Assembly: GCA_038328375.1 (NCBI GenBank)
Contig: JBBQLX010000011.1
Location: 1,283-65,282, forward strand
Direction of reading: 5' to 3'
DNA length: 64,000 nt
Source: Aggregatilineales bacterium
GTDB taxonomy: Bacteria > Chloroflexota > Anaerolineae > Aggregatilineales > Phototrophicaceae
This document shows, piece after piece, positions 1 through 8,722 of the stretch. The number at the start of each line of letters is the position of its first letter. The stretch's first letter is position 1. Both the position numbers and the translations under genes were made by a program. Below the pieces are notes generated by a model that saw only the letters and a list, made by a program, of their open reading frames with translations, was not told the DNA's origin and did no database searches.

Positions 1-792
1 GTAACCCAGCAAGTTGGTCAGCACAAACCATGAATGGCTGCTGCGTTCACCGATGCGGCAGTAAGCCACAATGTCATCAGTCGGCTTCAAACCCTGTTCG
101 CCTTCGTAGATGGCCTTGAGTTCTGCCGCTGTCTTGAAAGTCCCGTCTTCGGCATTCACAGCCTTGGCCCACGGGACACTCTTTGCGCCGGGGATATGAC
201 CGCCTCGTAGAGCGCCTTCTTGGGGGTAATTGGGCATATGAGTCAGCTTGCCACTGTATTCATCGGGGCTGCGGACATCGACCAAGGGCAGACCAGCTTC
301 AATATGCTTCAATACTTGGTCGCGGAAGGCACGGATTTCGCTGTCGTTGCGTTCGGGCGCGGTGTATTGTGTCGCGGGATTGCTCGGTACTTCTTTGGTC
401 AGCTCGCGGCCTTCTTTTTCCCACTTCAAACGACCACCATCGACAATCTTGGCGTTGGTGTGACCAAACAGTCTGAACACCCAATAGGCATAGGTTGCCC
501 ACCAGTTGTTCTTGTCGCCGTAAAATACCAAGGTCGTGTCGGTGGTGATACCAATGCGCGAGGCCAGTTTTTCAAAGCCTTCACGGTTCAGATAATCACG
601 GCGTACTTGGTCGTTGAGGTCATTGGTCCAATCGACCTGCACTGCACCGGGGATGTGTCCCGATGGATAAAGCAGCGGGTCTTCGTTGGACTCAATGATA
701 CGGATGTTAGCATCCTTTAGGTGTTCCGCTAACCACTCGGTTGAAACCAGTACATCGGGGTTGGAATAACCACGGCTTGCAATGTCACTCAT
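1..792 (-). CDS. sseA: Two-domain rhodanese / thiosulfate-3-mercaptopyruvate sulfurtransferase (SseA/CysA family), 3' end runs off the window
   Basis: Absent from ORF track; manual translation [21 protein letters not shown]...[11 protein letters not shown]...[12 protein letters not shown]...VDVRSPDEY...GGHIPGA...[13 protein letters not shown]; RBS AGGAG upstream of ATG 792. Confidence 0.92.
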   Translation of the reverse strand, partial: MSDIASRGYSNPDVLVSTEWLAEHLKDANIRIIESNEDPLLYPSGHIPGAVQVDWTNDLNDQVRRDYLNREGFEKLASRIGITTDTTLVFYGDKNNWWATYAYWVFRLFGHTNAKIVDGGRLKWEKEGRELTKEVPSNPATQYTAPERNDSEIRAFRDQVLKHIEAGLPLVDVRSPDEYSGKLTHMPNYPQEGALRGGHIPGAKSVPWAKAVNAEDGTFKTAAELKAIYEGEQGLKPTDDIVAYCRIGERSSHSWFVLTNLLGY

Positions 793-870
793 CGTTCTTA
801 ACTCCTCTGTTATCTGCTTATATAATCATATCTTTTCGTATGACGCGGGACAATCCCAGTTGCCATCTCG

Positions 871-903
871 CAAACAAAAAGCCGACCTGCGTAGGTCGGC
901 TTT
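871..903 (-). terminator. Intrinsic terminator, candidate attenuator terminator
   Basis: Perfect 11-bp inverted repeat 878-888/893-903 (AAAGCCGACCT-acgc-AGGTCGGCTTT), followed on the minus strand by TTGTTT. Confidence 0.85.
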
Positions 904-940
904 GGTTGTGCTTAGCCAGATGATTTCTCGCTGAACAACT

Positions 941-1033
941 TTACCCACTCGGACGCAGACGTGCGTATTTCTGTGTACAACACATACACATGGGACAACA
1001 CATCATTACCGGGTAGAGATTAAACTTGTTCAT
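941..1033 (-). CDS. Putative leaderless Cys/Met-rich leader peptide (30 aa, MNKFNLYPVMMCCPMCMCCTQKYARLRPSG)
   Basis: ATG 7 nt downstream of the -10 hexamer, no SD; 5 TGT Cys codons within codons 12-19; lies between a promoter and a terminator upstream of the sulfurtransferase. Confidence 0.75.
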   Translation of the reverse strand: MNKFNLYPVMMCCPMCMCCTQKYARLRPSG

Positions 1034-1040
1034 GGGTTAG

Positions 1041-1069
1041 AATATAGCGGAGGAGCATGATAATGTCAA
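1041..1069 (-). promoter_or_regulatory. Near-consensus sigma70 promoter TTGACA-N17-TATATT driving the leader peptide
   Basis: -35 at 1069-1064, -10 at 1046-1041, exactly 17 nt apart; overlaps the rarA start codon. Confidence 0.75.
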
Positions 1070-2277
1070 CAACCACCCAAGCCCAACCGCTTGCCGACCG
1101 TGTACGCCCAAAATCGCTCGATCAGTTCATCGGGCAGAAACATCTGGTCGGGAAGGGCAAGCCGCTTTATCTCGCCATTACCCAGAACCGTGTTTACTCG
1201 ATGATTTTCTGGGGGCCGCCGGGTGTTGGGAAAACCACACTCGCCCGTATTATTGCGACGGCGACCAACCGTCCATATTTCGAACTGTCGGCAGTGTCGG
1301 CGGGCAAAGCCGAAATCCGTGCGATTGTCGAGCAGGTGAAAGCCGCTGATAAGAAGGATTTGTTTTCGCAGGTCGAAGGCAAACAAAATGGCAGTGCCGT
1401 ACTTTTTTTGGATGAAATTCACCGCTTCAACAAAGCCCAGCAAGATTTCCTGCTGCCGTATATGGAAGATGGCACACTGATTCTGATCGGCGCGACCACT
1501 GAGAATCCCAGCTTTGAGGTGAATTCGGCAGTGCTGTCGCGCAGTCGAGTCTTTGTCCTTGAAGCGCTGACGGTCGATGAAACTAAAGAGATCATCCAAC
1601 AAGGCGCAACCGAACTTGGGATTACCATTGAGCCGGATGCCGAATCGTTCCTTGCAGAGTTTGCCAACGGTGATGCGCGACAGTCGCTCAACCTGCTGGA
1701 AGTCACCGTCGAACTTTACGCCCAAGAATCCAAAATCGTCACGCTGGATAACCTCAAGAATGCCTTGCAATCCAAGTTCCTGCGCTACGACAAAGGGGCG
1801 GAAGAACACTACGACACCATCAGTGCCTTCATCAAGAGTATGCGGGCGAGTAATGTGGATGCCGCGCTTTATTATCTGGCACGGATGGTCAACGGTGGTG
1901 AAGACCCCAAGTTTATTGCCCGTCGCATCGTGATCTTCGCCAGCGAGGATATTGGCAACGCGCAGCCGACCGCATTGGTGGTGGCGAATGAAGTTTTCCG
2001 CGCTGTGGAAACGATTGGCTTGCCGGAGTGTCAGTTCAATCTGGCGCAGGGCGTGGCTTATATGGCGATGGCTCCCAAAGACCGGACTTCCGGTGATGCT
2101 TACTTCGCCGCTCTGGAAGATGTTAAATCGCAGGGCAACCTTCCGATTCCGCTGAACCTCCGCAACGCGCCCACCAAGCTGATGAAAGAACTCGGTTACG
2201 GCAAAGGCTACGAAATGTATTCGACCGATGATTTGCTGCCCGAAGCGCTCAAAGGTCAGAAGTATTATAAGAAGTAG
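1063..2277 (+). CDS. rarA: Replication-associated recombination protein A (AAA+ ATPase, RarA/MgsA)
   Basis: PLADRVRP, Walker A GPPGVGKTT, LFLDEIHRFNKAQQD, IGATTENP, SEDIGNA motifs; RBS GGAGGAG favours ATG 1063. Confidence 0.95.
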   Translation: MSTTTQAQPLADRVRPKSLDQFIGQKHLVGKGKPLYLAITQNRVYSMIFWGPPGVGKTTLARIIATATNRPYFELSAVSAGKAEIRAIVEQVKAADKKDLFSQVEGKQNGSAVLFLDEIHRFNKAQQDFLLPYMEDGTLILIGATTENPSFEVNSAVLSRSRVFVLEALTVDETKEIIQQGATELGITIEPDAESFLAEFANGDARQSLNLLEVTVELYAQESKIVTLDNLKNALQSKFLRYDKGAEEHYDTISAFIKSMRASNVDAALYYLARMVNGGEDPKFIARRIVIFASEDIGNAQPTALVVANEVFRAVETIGLPECQFNLAQGVAYMAMAPKDRTSGDAYFAALEDVKSQGNLPIPLNLRNAPTKLMKELGYGKGYEMYSTDDLLPEALKGQKYYKK

Positions 2278-2280
2278 ATT

Positions 2281-2811
2281 ATGAGTACTGATTTGTTCAC
2301 ATCTGTCGCAAATAAGATTGGCTTTACTGAAGCGGATTTGGCAGCTAATCAGCTGGGTAAGCTGAGTGATAGGCAACGCGGAAAACTAGCCGCCCAACAA
2401 CGTGAATGGCTGATTCCCGCGCTAACTGCAATAGGAGGCGCAACAATACTCATATTTGTTGCTATTGTAGTGAATGACGCAGATACTTCTAATTTGAGAT
2501 TAGCTTTCGCGTTGATTATTGGTGCCTTTTTAGTGTGTTATTTAGCCTATGAATGGGTTAAATGGAGTCGGCTTAAAACTGATTTAACAAATGTAATTGT
2601 TCTTGAATCAAAAGGAAGACTTGAACCAATCACTTATTCGGGGAAAAGTTCTCCTTATTATTTTATTCGTGTCAAAGATGTCAAATTCCCAATTGATGAA
2701 GTTTTATTTAATCTCTTGACTGATCTTGCAGAAGATTATCCGTATTGCGCCGTTTATTATGCGCCACAATCGCATGTTTTGTTGGCGTTTGAACCGCTTG
2801 ATCGAAATTAA
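2281..2811 (+). CDS. Hypothetical membrane protein (2 TM), AT-rich
   Basis: 176-aa ORF 3 nt after rarA; two hydrophobic stretches. Confidence 0.65.
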   Translation: MSTDLFTSVANKIGFTEADLAANQLGKLSDRQRGKLAAQQREWLIPALTAIGGATILIFVAIVVNDADTSNLRLAFALIIGAFLVCYLAYEWVKWSRLKTDLTNVIVLESKGRLEPITYSGKSSPYYFIRVKDVKFPIDEVLFNLLTDLAEDYPYCAVYYAPQSHVLLAFEPLDRN

Positions 2812-2911
2812 ATCAATTACTTTTTCTCTTACCCAACAGCCAATCCCAAGTGGCTTGATCCCAACAGAAATGATCATCATCCGGTCGGTGTCCTTGCGTT
2901 TAATTCTTCTC

Positions 2912-3772
2912 TTAGTCTGCATCATCCCATTCGCCATCTTTGCCTTTTTGCTTCTGCATGACAGGTGCTTCGAGGGTGCGCTTGGCTGCATCGGCTAAAG
3001 CATTGGCAAAGGTTTCGTAGTCTTTCAACGCGAAGGCATAATGAGCCTCGGCAGTTTGAAAGCGGACGAGTCCATTGGCTTGGGGTGCATCCAAGCGTCG
3101 CAGCGCACCGATTTGCTGAACGCTTTCCAACGGGATCAGTTGCTGGACAGCTTCATCATGGAGAATGAGTAGGTAGCGCGGCATGAGGTACAAGTACACC
3201 GCTGATTCCAATGTCCATGCGCCGTGAATATCCTGTTCGGCGGGTTGGGCTTGGACTGGCCCATAGTGGATATAGGGTCGCCTCCGACGGTAGGCTATCA
3301 CCAAATCGGGATCAACCATCAGCTTGAGCGCCCGAATGAAGTCCATCATTTGGACGCGCCCCAACCACAGTTTGACGATGACCCACTCCCGTTTGCGTTC
3401 AACGTGAATCCATAACTCGTTCATGCCGCTGTCATAGTTTTGTGGTCGCCAGAAGCCACGAATATCTTCTGGTGCAAAGCGTATCACGGCTTGAGGTGGC
3501 ATTTTGACCGGATAAACACCGATTTCCTGTTGCGAAAGAGTAATCATGCCGCGCGTCTCTTTGATGGGTTTTCCATTGATAATCTCGATAGCAAAACGGT
3601 TGCCCGATTGTTCAAAGAAGATGATGTCCGGTTGGGTTTCTCGGAGAGGCAATAAGTGTTGATAGACAGCGCGTTGGAGTCGGTACTGTCGAACGCTCCA
3701 CAAGGTCAGCAGGATAATGCCGACAATAAACGTGATCCCAATACCCCAACCAATCATCATCCCTGCGTCCAT
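2912..3772 (-). CDS. Hypothetical protein with N-terminal TM anchor
   Basis: Long ORF; start refined to ATG 3772 (purine-rich RBS); acidic C-terminus. Confidence 0.7.
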   Translation of the reverse strand: MDAGMMIGWGIGITFIVGIILLTLWSVRQYRLQRAVYQHLLPLRETQPDIIFFEQSGNRFAIEIINGKPIKETRGMITLSQQEIGVYPVKMPPQAVIRFAPEDIRGFWRPQNYDSGMNELWIHVERKREWVIVKLWLGRVQMMDFIRALKLMVDPDLVIAYRRRRPYIHYGPVQAQPAEQDIHGAWTLESAVYLYLMPRYLLILHDEAVQQLIPLESVQQIGALRRLDAPQANGLVRFQTAEAHYAFALKDYETFANALADAAKRTLEAPVMQKQKGKDGEWDDAD

Positions 3773-3880
3773 ATTCTTCCCCTTTTGCGTTGAGGCACTA
3801 CGATTTTTCCAAATTAAAAAGGCGCGGTTGTCCACGCCTTCCATTATCTATCGACTATCCACTAAAGACTAACGACTGCT

Positions 3881-4777
3881 TTAGTAGCCCAGCTTCTTGA
3901 GGTAATCACGGTTGCGGCGGGCGCTGCGACGGGGCGCGTCGAGGTCATCGGTCAGCACATCTTGCTCGACAATCGCCCATCCGTCGTATCCCAACGATTC
4001 CATGTGAGACAATATACTGGGGAAGTCCACATTGCCTTTGCCGAGTTCGCAGAAGACTCCAGCTTGTGTGGCCTCACGGTAATTGAGTTTTTCTTTGATG
4101 CACAACTCGCGGATATTGGGGTCACAGTCCTTGAGGTGCAGATAGCGCACCCGTTCGCCGTAAGTTTTGACGGCTTCCAAGGCATCGCCACCCGCGTATT
4201 GATAATGTCCTGTGTCCAAGCACAGCCCGACCAAATCAGAATCGGTGCGATCCATCAACTGACGAGTTTCTTCAGGGGTTTCAACATAACCGGCGCAGTG
4301 ATGGTGGAACATGATCTTCAAGCCATATTCATCAAATACACGGCGGGCAATGCGGTTCACGCCTGCCGCGAACACATCCCATTGGGCAGGTGTGAGAGCT
4401 GACCCTTTACGTCGCCCCGCCTGTGCGAAGAGTTCTGGAACGCTGCCGTTATCATCCGCTAGAACGATGACTTTTGCGCCGCAGGCCGCCAGCAACTTGC
4501 CCACCTGCAAGGCATGTGCCTCGCCTTCGGCATGGGCGTTGGCATCCACCAGTTTGACAGGCACATAGGACGAGAGCAGTTGCAAGCCCCGCTTATCGAG
4601 TTCCGGTTGCAGCACGGCGGGATCCGTGGGCAAGTAACCCCAAGGGCCTAGCTCAATACCTGTGTAACCTGTGTCGACGATTTCATCCAATACCCGTTCA
4701 TACGGATATTTGGGTTCAATATCTTTAAATTCATAAATGCCCCAGCTCACCGGAGCGTTCCCCATGCGAATAGTCAT
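3881..4777 (-). CDS. iolE: Sugar-phosphate isomerase TIM barrel, myo-inosose-2 dehydratase (IolE/MocC)-like
   Basis: GNAPVSWG, HHHCAGYVET, LCLDTGH, YLHLKD, FCELGKG, IVEQD motifs. Confidence 0.8.
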   Translation of the reverse strand: MTIRMGNAPVSWGIYEFKDIEPKYPYERVLDEIVDTGYTGIELGPWGYLPTDPAVLQPELDKRGLQLLSSYVPVKLVDANAHAEGEAHALQVGKLLAACGAKVIVLADDNGSVPELFAQAGRRKGSALTPAQWDVFAAGVNRIARRVFDEYGLKIMFHHHCAGYVETPEETRQLMDRTDSDLVGLCLDTGHYQYAGGDALEAVKTYGERVRYLHLKDCDPNIRELCIKEKLNYREATQAGVFCELGKGNVDFPSILSHMESLGYDGWAIVEQDVLTDDLDAPRRSARRNRDYLKKLGY

Positions 4778-4863
4778 AGCCAGTCCTTACTAAAAGTTAT
4801 ATTGAAACGCCTACTGACTCTGCCCAATTTACTGCTTTTTGGCAAGTAGTTGCTGACGACCGC

Positions 4864-5424
4864 TTATGTAGTTTCAGTGACTGATTTAGCTTTTTTTGCC
4901 GAATATTCTTCTAACTTGACTGGAAACGCTTCAACGAATTTTAGTGCTTGCTGATATAGTCTATAAATTTCGTCTTGTGTTTGCGGTAAATCGTAGTTTG
5001 CGAAATTTTCATGGACTAGTAAATTGCGATATTTCCCAATTTCCATGAACGCTTTTATTGCTTTATCAAGATCTTCATCTTTAGTAATCTCTTGTTTTAT
5101 GAACTGTTTGAATTCATCTCCAAAAAGTGCGAAAAATCTGTTCGCATTATTTTCTTTCCACTCAAAGTAAGTATGATACTGGCGTTCAATAGCTTTTGAT
5201 CTAATAAGCTCATACAAGATGACAGCGGTAACAGTATGCTTTTGGCAGAAAATTTTGAGACTATCGGTAAGCAGACTCTCAAAGTAGCTTGCTGCTGCTA
5301 AGAGGAGTGTTTTACGGAAATTATCTTCAACACTGCTCTGAAATGATATTTCCCCTTTATCCTTGAGATATTTTATTAGTTCGTTATTGTCTGAATAAAG
5401 TCTGTCAATAATTGTAGTTGACAT
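4864..5424 (-). CDS. HEPN-domain putative RNase (MAE_28990/RiboL-PSP-like)
   Basis: LLAAASYFE helix and RNLLVH (Rx4H) motif; AT-rich; directly downstream of the DUF262 gene. Confidence 0.75.
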   Translation of the reverse strand: MSTTIIDRLYSDNNELIKYLKDKGEISFQSSVEDNFRKTLLLAAASYFESLLTDSLKIFCQKHTVTAVILYELIRSKAIERQYHTYFEWKENNANRFFALFGDEFKQFIKQEITKDEDLDKAIKAFMEIGKYRNLLVHENFANYDLPQTQDEIYRLYQQALKFVEAFPVKLEEYSAKKAKSVTETT

Positions 5425-5433
5425 AGCCGTATC

Positions 5434-6615
5434 CTATAACAACTGTGTTTCAATGATTTGTTTAGCTCTGCTCAACCTTTTTTCCACATTTCCTTTACTT
5501 GCTGTGGCACGTTCAGCACTTTCGGTGAATTCCTTATCTTGTTTGAGCTTATCTATCGAGTTTGGCGTGATTTTTCCCTGAACTAATGATTGTTCTTGAA
5601 ATGCCTGTGTACAGGCGGCAACAAAAACCGACTCAAATATAGTAATACTAAAACGCTGAGTGGTACCTAAAAATGCATCTGGTGGCAATTCTGAACAACT
5701 ATGAAGGAAAGAAATGAAAAGCTGTTCAAAATATGATATTGCTGTGTTGGTGTACTTTTTCGCATGGCGCGAAAAATCATTCAAAAATTTTACCATTGAC
5801 GAACTATATGAATTACCTGTTATAAGCATAGCAAATCCACGCAGCATAAATTCAATGTCTTTGAGGTTTAAATCAGGATGTAAAATGCCGACTAGTCGGC
5901 GCCAATCTTTTGACATGTTTACCCGATATAACATGTCATAAAAGTGAGAATGATAGAGACTTGTTCTTATTTCTTGAGGGCGTAAATTAACGCCACCTGA
6001 ATTAAGCCTGTTGAATATTTCGTAAATGGCGGAGTCGTCGTCTGCCGGTGCCACTTGCTTTACTATAATGCTTCGAATTGGACGCAAATCCAAAGTGGAT
6101 TGATAATCACCTAAAGTTGAGTAGTTTAAACCATGAAACTTATTTAGTTGGTGAGGTATATTTGTTGGTAAACTCAAATTAAATTTAGTGAAAAACGCAT
6201 CATCTTGAAGTGTTTCTAGAGGTATTATGCCGTTTTCCTCGAAAATGCGACGCAGCTCGGCACGTTTTTCTTTTTTGGGAAATCTTTGTTGGACAAAATA
6301 GTATAACGACATCAATCGCTGTTGCCCATCTATTACCGAGAATTTGTTTCTTGCTTCCTCGTACAGGAATATTTGAGGAATCGGCAACCCGATTATTAAT
6401 GACTCTATTAGTTTTGATGCTCGCTTAATATCCCAAACATAATTTCTTTGGAATCCGGGTATATGTATTGTTCCACGATCTATATAGGAAAATAAAGTGC
6501 TTACATTAAAGTCATTAGGGGAAGCTGTAATATCATATTCATGAATAGGGTAATCAATTGGTTCATCATCGGCTTCATCATCATACCAATTATTGGGATT
6601 TGTATCCGCGTTCAT
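5434..6615 (-). CDS. DUF262 (GmrSD_N / ParB-like) domain protein
   Basis: PGFQRNYVW, IDGQQRL, IFNRLNSGG motifs; start refined to ATG 6615 (RBS AAGGAG). Confidence 0.88.
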   Translation of the reverse strand: MNADTNPNNWYDDEADDEPIDYPIHEYDITASPNDFNVSTLFSYIDRGTIHIPGFQRNYVWDIKRASKLIESLIIGLPIPQIFLYEEARNKFSVIDGQQRLMSLYYFVQQRFPKKEKRAELRRIFEENGIIPLETLQDDAFFTKFNLSLPTNIPHQLNKFHGLNYSTLGDYQSTLDLRPIRSIIVKQVAPADDDSAIYEIFNRLNSGGVNLRPQEIRTSLYHSHFYDMLYRVNMSKDWRRLVGILHPDLNLKDIEFMLRGFAMLITGNSYSSSMVKFLNDFSRHAKKYTNTAISYFEQLFISFLHSCSELPPDAFLGTTQRFSITIFESVFVAACTQAFQEQSLVQGKITPNSIDKLKQDKEFTESAERATASKGNVEKRLSRAKQIIETQLL

Positions 6616-6651
6616 ACATTCTCCTTGAGTACACAATTGTAATGTATCTGA

Positions 6652-6682
6652 AAATAACCTCGTGAACTAAACGAGGTTATTT
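6652..6682 (-). terminator. Hairpin, probable terminator downstream of the ABC operon
   Basis: AAATAACCTCGT-N7-ACGAGGTTATTT perfect 12-bp stem. Confidence 0.65.
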
Positions 6683-6788
6683 GTTTCCCACTATACTAAA
6701 TTACTATGATACTACAATCTGTGTTCTAAGATTGTTGTGGATTTAATGTTAACCCATATTTATTCGTAGAGTTTTGTTTACTCTTAAA

Positions 6789-7658
6789 TTATTTGTCCCG
6801 CGTCAGCGCAAATCCACGCAGGAAACTTTCTTGTAGGAACATGAAGACGATCAACGGCGGAATCGAGGCGATTACGGCGGCTGCCATTGCCACACCCCAA
6901 TTACCAGCATCCAGCGCGTTGACGGTAATGCCTTTCAAGGCCACCTGAACCAGTTGCCGCGTGTTGTCGTTGATAATCAGCAGAGGCCATAAATATTGGT
7001 TCCACACGCCGATAAACTGGATCATCGCCAGTGCACCGATGATATTCCATGACAGCGGAATCAAGATGAGCCACAGGTATTGGACTGGCCCTGCACCATC
7101 AATTTGTGCAGCATCCGCCAACTCCGATGGAATATTGGAGAAGTGCTGCCTGAACAACAGTGTTCCGGTGGCGCTTGCCATAAACGGTACGATCAGCGCT
7201 TGCGCGGTGTTCGTCCAGCCCAATTGTCCCATCATCCGAAATAACGCCACAATCAAAATATCGGTCGGCATCATCAAGGTTAGCAGCACAAAGATAAATA
7301 AGGGGCCGCGCAGTGGAAAGCGGAAGTAAACAAATGCCATACCCGCCAACATCGAGGTTGCGGTCTTCGCTAGCGTAACGGCTACCGCCACCAAAATCGT
7401 GTTGCCCATCAGACGCACTAGATTGCTGCTGTTCCATGCCTCTGAGAAATTGGTGAGGATCTGGTCACCCGGCATCAAATTCGGCGGATAAGCCATAATC
7501 TGTCCCAAGTTCTGGGTGGATTTAATAATTGTGAAGACCATCGGGAAGGCCACGAAGAAGCAGATCACGCTCAGGATAATGTGTGATAAATACTTGGGAC
7601 GTGACCGATGTTTTTTTGGTGTTACTTTTACGGCAGTTGTCGCAATTGCGCTATGCAT
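6789..7658 (-). CDS. Carbohydrate ABC permease, UgpE-like
   Basis: EAA-like loop ELADAAQIDGAG, WNQYLWPL; ATG overlaps the upstream gene's stop. Confidence 0.85.
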   Translation of the reverse strand: MHSAIATTAVKVTPKKHRSRPKYLSHIILSVICFFVAFPMVFTIIKSTQNLGQIMAYPPNLMPGDQILTNFSEAWNSSNLVRLMGNTILVAVAVTLAKTATSMLAGMAFVYFRFPLRGPLFIFVLLTLMMPTDILIVALFRMMGQLGWTNTAQALIVPFMASATGTLLFRQHFSNIPSELADAAQIDGAGPVQYLWLILIPLSWNIIGALAMIQFIGVWNQYLWPLLIINDNTRQLVQVALKGITVNALDAGNWGVAMAAAVIASIPPLIVFMFLQESFLRGFALTRDK

Positions 7659-8574
7659 TGTAGGTAGTCCTCTGGTCGCCACTCCGAAATTGTACAAGTG
7701 TGAGCAGCGCCACCAGCGCGAACAGCATTACCGATTGCGCGGCTGCGAGTCCGGTATTGTGGTTGGTCTGCAAATCTTGGTACAGGTTATAAATAAGCAC
7801 AGTGGTCGAGTTTCTTGGCCCCGGCCCTGCCAGTACGTCAATCGTCCCGAAAATATCAAAGAACGAATAGGTCAGGTTGGTAATGATCAAGAACAGGGTG
7901 AAAGGGGAGAGCAGTGGGAATATAATTTTCCAGAAGCGTGTCCATGAGTTCGCCCCATCAATCGAGGCGGCTTCCAGCAGTTCACCACCGATGTTTTGTA
8001 ACCCTGCCAAATAAAAAATGACGTTGTAACCGAGGTTCTTCCAGATGGATGCCACAATCACCAGCATTGGAGTCAGGATCGGGTCGCCCAACCAATTCGG
8101 TCGCGTATGGAAAACATTACCCCACGCATAATTGATAACCCCTACGACCGGATTGAACATGAACAAGAACACTACACCTACAATCGCGGGTGAAATGGCA
8201 TAAGGCCAAATCAGCAGGGTGCGGTAGATACGGACACCTGTGATCTTCTGGTTCGCCAGCACCGCGATGCCCATCGAAATCGCGAGGCCGCCGATCACAA
8301 TCGCGGCGGAATAGGCCAGAGAACGCGCCAGCACAATCAGATATTGCCCCTTAAAGAGAATCGTACCCGCGTCTGTTCGTGAGATTTGCGGGTCAAGCAA
8401 CCGCGAGTAATTATCAAAACCAATATAGGTGAGCGTAATCCCGTTAGGCGCTGCTTTATTGAAACTCAAGCTGAATGTACTGATAATGGGGTAATAGAGG
8501 AATAAGACCAGAATAATCAGCGTCGGTAGTAACAATAGGTAAGGCAGCCATCGATTACGAAAAATAGCCTGCAT
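7651..8574 (-). CDS. Carbohydrate ABC permease, UgpA-like
   Basis: WKNLGYNVIFYLAGLQ, EAASIDGA motifs. Confidence 0.87.
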   Translation of the reverse strand: MQAIFRNRWLPYLLLLPTLIILVLFLYYPIISTFSLSFNKAAPNGITLTYIGFDNYSRLLDPQISRTDAGTILFKGQYLIVLARSLAYSAAIVIGGLAISMGIAVLANQKITGVRIYRTLLIWPYAISPAIVGVVFLFMFNPVVGVINYAWGNVFHTRPNWLGDPILTPMLVIVASIWKNLGYNVIFYLAGLQNIGGELLEAASIDGANSWTRFWKIIFPLLSPFTLFLIITNLTYSFFDIFGTIDVLAGPGPRNSTTVLIYNLYQDLQTNHNTGLAAAQSVMLFALVALLTLVQFRSGDQRTTYNA

Positions 8575-8722
8575 CGTGGGCTTTCCTTGCTCAAAGTTAG
8601 AACTAAATGTTGGACGAAAGCCGGCTCACTCCCCGGCGTTGCTGATCGCAATAAAACATCATAGAGGCAGATCAGTGATGACCTGCCTCTATAAAATTAC
8701 AGGTTACAAATCTACACGATAC

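Noticed and set aside
183-720. Plus-strand ORFs 183-476, 220-720 and 248-463
   Set aside because: Antisense shadows of the minus-strand sulfurtransferase, which has clear motifs and an RBS.
1066-2376. 436-aa minus-strand ORF over rarA, and similar long antisense ORFs (e.g. 8576-9127, 27668-28252, 33325-34005, 34159-34728)
   Set aside because: Shadow frames of well-supported genes, with no motifs of their own.
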